Below, piece by piece: positions 61,077 to 64,000 of a stretch of DNA of 64,000 bases (positions are counted from its first letter, which is position 1; each line of letters opens with the position of its first letter). The notes beneath the pieces were generated by a model. It saw only the letters and a program-made list of their open reading frames with translations, did not search any database and was not told the DNA's origin. Position numbers and translations under genes: made by a program. This stretch comes from an uncultured delta proteobacterium. Lineage in GTDB: Bacteria > Desulfobacterota > Binatia > UBA9968. The stretch lies in assembly GCA_963745035.1 (NCBI GenBank), contig CAVUVW010000014.1, positions 32,001-96,000 on the forward strand, read 5' to 3'.

Positions 61077-61454
61077 TTATTTCCTCTGCCCGCCATAAAC
61101 GCGATCGAGCTGTTGCCAGTTGGGATCGTCCTCCAGCCACTTCGGCAATGCTCCGTTGTTTTTCACTTTAAGCCTATTTTCGAAGGCCAAGAATCGCCCA
61201 CGTAGAACTATGCTCTCCTCGTTTATGCGAAGCTTGGCCTTACGATCAGAATCGCTAAGATTCGCTTTGCTCGCCGCCGCGCGAACCGCGAGCTTTTGTG
61301 ATCTCGCTTCGAGACCTTTCCAGGCATTCGCCATGCCGTCTATTTCATTGATTAAGTTTTGCCGGTGCCGTTCCTCCGACCCTCGATAGTATGAATAGTA
61401 GGCAACGCCGAGAAGGACGGCACAGCAGAACACAGCAATGACGCTGCGGCGCAT
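61077..61454 (-). CDS. Hypothetical membrane-anchored coiled-coil protein
   Basis: N-terminal TM then amphipathic helices. Confidence 0.6.
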   Translation of the reverse strand: MRRSVIAVFCCAVLLGVAYYSYYRGSEERHRQNLINEIDGMANAWKGLEARSQKLAVRAAASKANLSDSDRKAKLRINEESIVLRGRFLAFENRLKVKNNGALPKWLEDDPNWQQLDRVYGGQRK

Positions 61455-61488
61455 CGACGCAGCGCCACTCTTTGCCCCAAACAATCTA

Positions 61489-61759
61489 TCAATCATCGCG
61501 TGGACCGTTTTCTTGTCGCCGGCTATTTATCACTGTCGGGCGAAGATTTGAAGCCGCTCTGCCGGTGGTTAAGACCCAATGCTCCGGCAGGTTTTCCAGT
61601 GCGGCGTTCGAGCGCCGCTCCCACATCGGGGGTATCGATACCGTGCCGCTCGCATTCGACGGTGGCAGCTTCGAGTATTTTGAGAGCTTCACGAATACGC
61701 ACTTCAGGCAGAATAGCCGATTAGGCCACAGAGCTACAGGGTTTTCCTTTCCTTGGCAT
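61489..61759 (-). pseudogene. Remnant of uncharacterised 'EC..IDxPEVxxAL' family gene
   Basis: MPRKGKPVALW.../LPEVRIREALKILEAATVECERHGIDTPDVGAALE across frames. Confidence 0.45.
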
Positions 61760-61956
61760 CGGCAAATTCTCCAGATCAAAGGCACGCCCTTACAGACGAG
61801 CAGTGGCGTCCGAATGAGGTGGACATGGACATGCATGCGCGACTGCCCTGCTGCTTTTTAACGTTGATGAATGCGGCAAAACTATTTATCGACGGGCAGT
61901 TTTCGCCTGACGGACAATATTGGCGTCAACTCTACTCGGACCGAAGAAGCTTTCCT

Positions 61957-62394
61957 TCAAAAGCTCGGTGGGAACTCGGTGTGGTCGAGCAGTCCAGTTA
62001 CCACGACATTACCCGTTCCACCTTTGTGCAGATGGAGCGTCGCAGTCACATTAAAGGTGTTATTTCCATTGTTCATAATGGACCCCTCCACCACTGTCCC
62101 GGAAAAGGTCCCGATGAGTGTCGTCAAATTCCAATTGCCGGCCAATATCGCCGAGGAGTGGAACGCCGGAGGTAAAGGGTCATGCTGTATGGAAACCCAG
62201 AAAAATCCAATCGTCCGTAGATTACTGACTTCACAGGCGCATGTTCCATTGAACACGGCCGCTTCGCAGACAAACTGAGGGCAAATCTCTATGCCTTCAA
62301 TTTCGCCGGTGATTGAGGGACTCGAAGCTAGTACGGGTATCGCTGTAACGGTAATCCAGGTTAGAACCACAATCGGCAACAAATATTTTCCCAT
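61957..62394 (-). CDS. Hypothetical secreted beta-rich protein
   Basis: GGAGG RBS, signal peptide MGKYLLPIVVLTWITVTAIPVLA, paired Cys. Confidence 0.7.
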   Translation of the reverse strand: MGKYLLPIVVLTWITVTAIPVLASSPSITGEIEGIEICPQFVCEAAVFNGTCACEVSNLRTIGFFWVSIQHDPLPPAFHSSAILAGNWNLTTLIGTFSGTVVEGSIMNNGNNTFNVTATLHLHKGGTGNVVVTGLLDHTEFPPSF

Positions 62395-62707
62395 TTCACA
62401 CCTCCGGCTTTGATCTTTAGCCTGCGGAAACAGTCTCTTCGCCTGGAGTGTCCCGGCGGTTCGTTCGCTCATGATCTCTCATAGGCTGGACGGAAAAAGA
62501 AATTCAAGAGGCTCAATTCTCGGCGGCGTACGTTGGTCGGACTATGGAACTCTTTGTCAGCGTGCTTATGTCGGTTACCCGCCAATAATGCGACATGATA
62601 TGTGTGCCATCCTTCCGCCGCAGGCATGTGTTAAGCATTTGCGGAAAACGACGCAAACGGGTTGAAACGGTACCGCGTGGAGTCCTAGACTTAGGTAGGA
62701 GTCAGAA

Positions 62708-63205
62708 GTGGCCTACGCAACATCATTACGGGTCATCGGCCAATCGTTGGAAGCCGCGAGATTAACGGTGTTCGAGCTGCGAACGGAAGGTGAAGACCTT
62801 TTAGTCGAAACCGAAGCCCTTAGCCAAACAGCCGAATGGATTCTGCGCCGCGGTCTTAATGATCATTGGAAAGAAGAAACCGATCGGTCAGCGATCAACC
62901 AGACCGTTCGATTTACGCCATTGGATATTTCTCTCCTTGACCGGCAGGCGCGGCAACAACGAGGAGCCGGCTCAACACCGAACCGACCAACATTCAAAAG
63001 ACTATCTCAACTGCTCCGAACCGTGGGCGAGCATCTTGATCGAACTGAAGCGAACAGCTTTCGTGTGCTATGGGGGTCTGCTGCGATATCGGTTGAGTCC
63101 GCGTCGGCAGACGGGCATCACGACGTCAGGACTTTTTCGGCGGAAAAACTCGAGCAGTTAGGCTCTAGTCTGCGGTTTCGGCGCTCCAGCAGGTCACGGT
63201 TTTGA
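62708..63205 (+). CDS. Uncharacterised 'LRxIG' two-repeat protein, paralogue 4
   Basis: AGGAG RBS, YATSLRVIGQSLE...LSQLLRTVGEHLD. Confidence 0.8.
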   Translation: MAYATSLRVIGQSLEAARLTVFELRTEGEDLLVETEALSQTAEWILRRGLNDHWKEETDRSAINQTVRFTPLDISLLDRQARQQRGAGSTPNRPTFKRLSQLLRTVGEHLDRTEANSFRVLWGSAAISVESASADGHHDVRTFSAEKLEQLGSSLRFRRSSRSRF

Positions 63206-63330
63206 TGTTTCTCGTTGTGGAAATTGAGCCGGTTGGGCTTGGTGTGCGCTTTAGCATTACGACACGACAGCCGATAGCGTGCAGCCCACGCAGCCGAGCA
63301 GGTACGCATCATCCCCTCACGTAGGAGTCG

Positions 63331-63588
63331 TCATTCGCAGTTGTCTCGACCGCGTTGACCCAATCGCAGATAACTTTCGCCTCCGCTATCGATCACCTCT
63401 ACCGTTAACTGATCGCCTACTCTGAAAGCCCCCAGTGCTTCAGCAAAAAGATGATCCGGGATGGCGAGTTCTCTTTTGAGGTCTTCAGCCCGTACAAAGG
63501 AAATATCCCTGGTGCGTACATAAGCACTGCATAGCCTATTAAAAAGCTGATTTTGAACCCACCGCACGTCAGATCGCGTGAGCACCAT
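63331..63588 (-). CDS. Small hypothetical protein, possibly winged-helix
   Basis: Helix-helix-helix-beta-hairpin pattern (AEDLKRELAI...VEVI...YLRL). Confidence 0.5.
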   Translation of the reverse strand: MVLTRSDVRWVQNQLFNRLCSAYVRTRDISFVRAEDLKRELAIPDHLFAEALGAFRVGDQLTVEVIDSGGESYLRLGQRGRDNCE

Positions 63589-63911
63589 AGCCTGAGCGCG
63601 ATGCAAAATCCGCGCTGGCCATTTAAGCCCGGTACTTTACAAGCTGGAGAAGCTCGACTGTCCTATGTATGCAACGCGGTTTGCGGTTGGAGCATGGACC
63701 TATTCAGCATTAACGCCAGCGTCTGCAAATTATGATAAGTGAGCGCATGCTACTGTCAGAATGTTGCAACGGGGCGGACAACAGCAAGCTTCGACGGGAT
63801 ATCTGACCGCTTACGGCTCGAAAGGTTATCTTCCTAAGTAGCGCGCCTTATCGTCACGACATTCACTGAGTCGGCTTGCTTTAAAATAAGTTTAGCTGTT
63901 TACTAGGTGCC

Positions 63912-64000
63912 ATGAACGTACTCGATCTCACACCCAATCAACTAAAGCGCGCGGCGTCCATCAAAGAGCAGATTAACCGCCTCAATGGTGAACTGGTCAA
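63912..64000 (+). CDS. 5' end of a small coiled-coil protein, runs off the window
   Basis: AGGTG RBS, MNVLDLTPNQLKRAASIKEQINRLNGELV. Confidence 0.5.
   Translation, partial: MNVLDLTPNQLKRAASIKEQINRLNGELV

Noticed and set aside
1-64000. CRISPR array, tRNA/rRNA, integrase, transposase, intact prophage
   Set aside because: No regularly spaced repeats, cloverleaf or recognisable recombinase/structural phage genes seen by eye

Overview
Bacterial chromosomal DNA. The expanded orphan substrate-binding proteins and recurring intergenic repeats suggest a Binatia-like ('Deltaproteobacteria') soil organism; this is inference only. The window has two halves. (1) 1-34.6 kb is gene-dense and GC-rich. It holds a sigma54-controlled nitrilase operon (DUF302, nitrilase, epimerase, NmrA/QorB, SMR) with a divergent Cys-rich GAF-AAA+ activator, a secreted amidohydrolase and a trypsin-like protease. 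A ~12 kb minus-strand block joins an ABC importer to a partner-switching module (STAS fusion; GAF-PP2C-RsbW), followed by two NCS2 permeases carrying a degenerate RsbW-like C-terminal domain and a PuuE-like deacetylase. After that come an alcohol dehydrogenase, orphan SBPs, nfeD-floA and a decayed Mo/W locus. (2) 34.6-64 kb is a lower-GC mosaic of small orphan genes and gene remnants (Mrr, TIR, SRAP, S1/P1 nuclease x3, GNQNAFRHG-motif gene x5). It also contains a ~0.94 kb direct duplication, three copies of a ~110-nt structured non-coding element, four paralogues of an uncharacterised internally duplicated protein, many single-TM microproteins and an orphan tadE-tadE-tadG cluster. Many conserved genes carry single-base frameshifts, probably at least partly long-read assembly errors. 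I found no rRNA, tRNA, CRISPR array, integrase or transposase.
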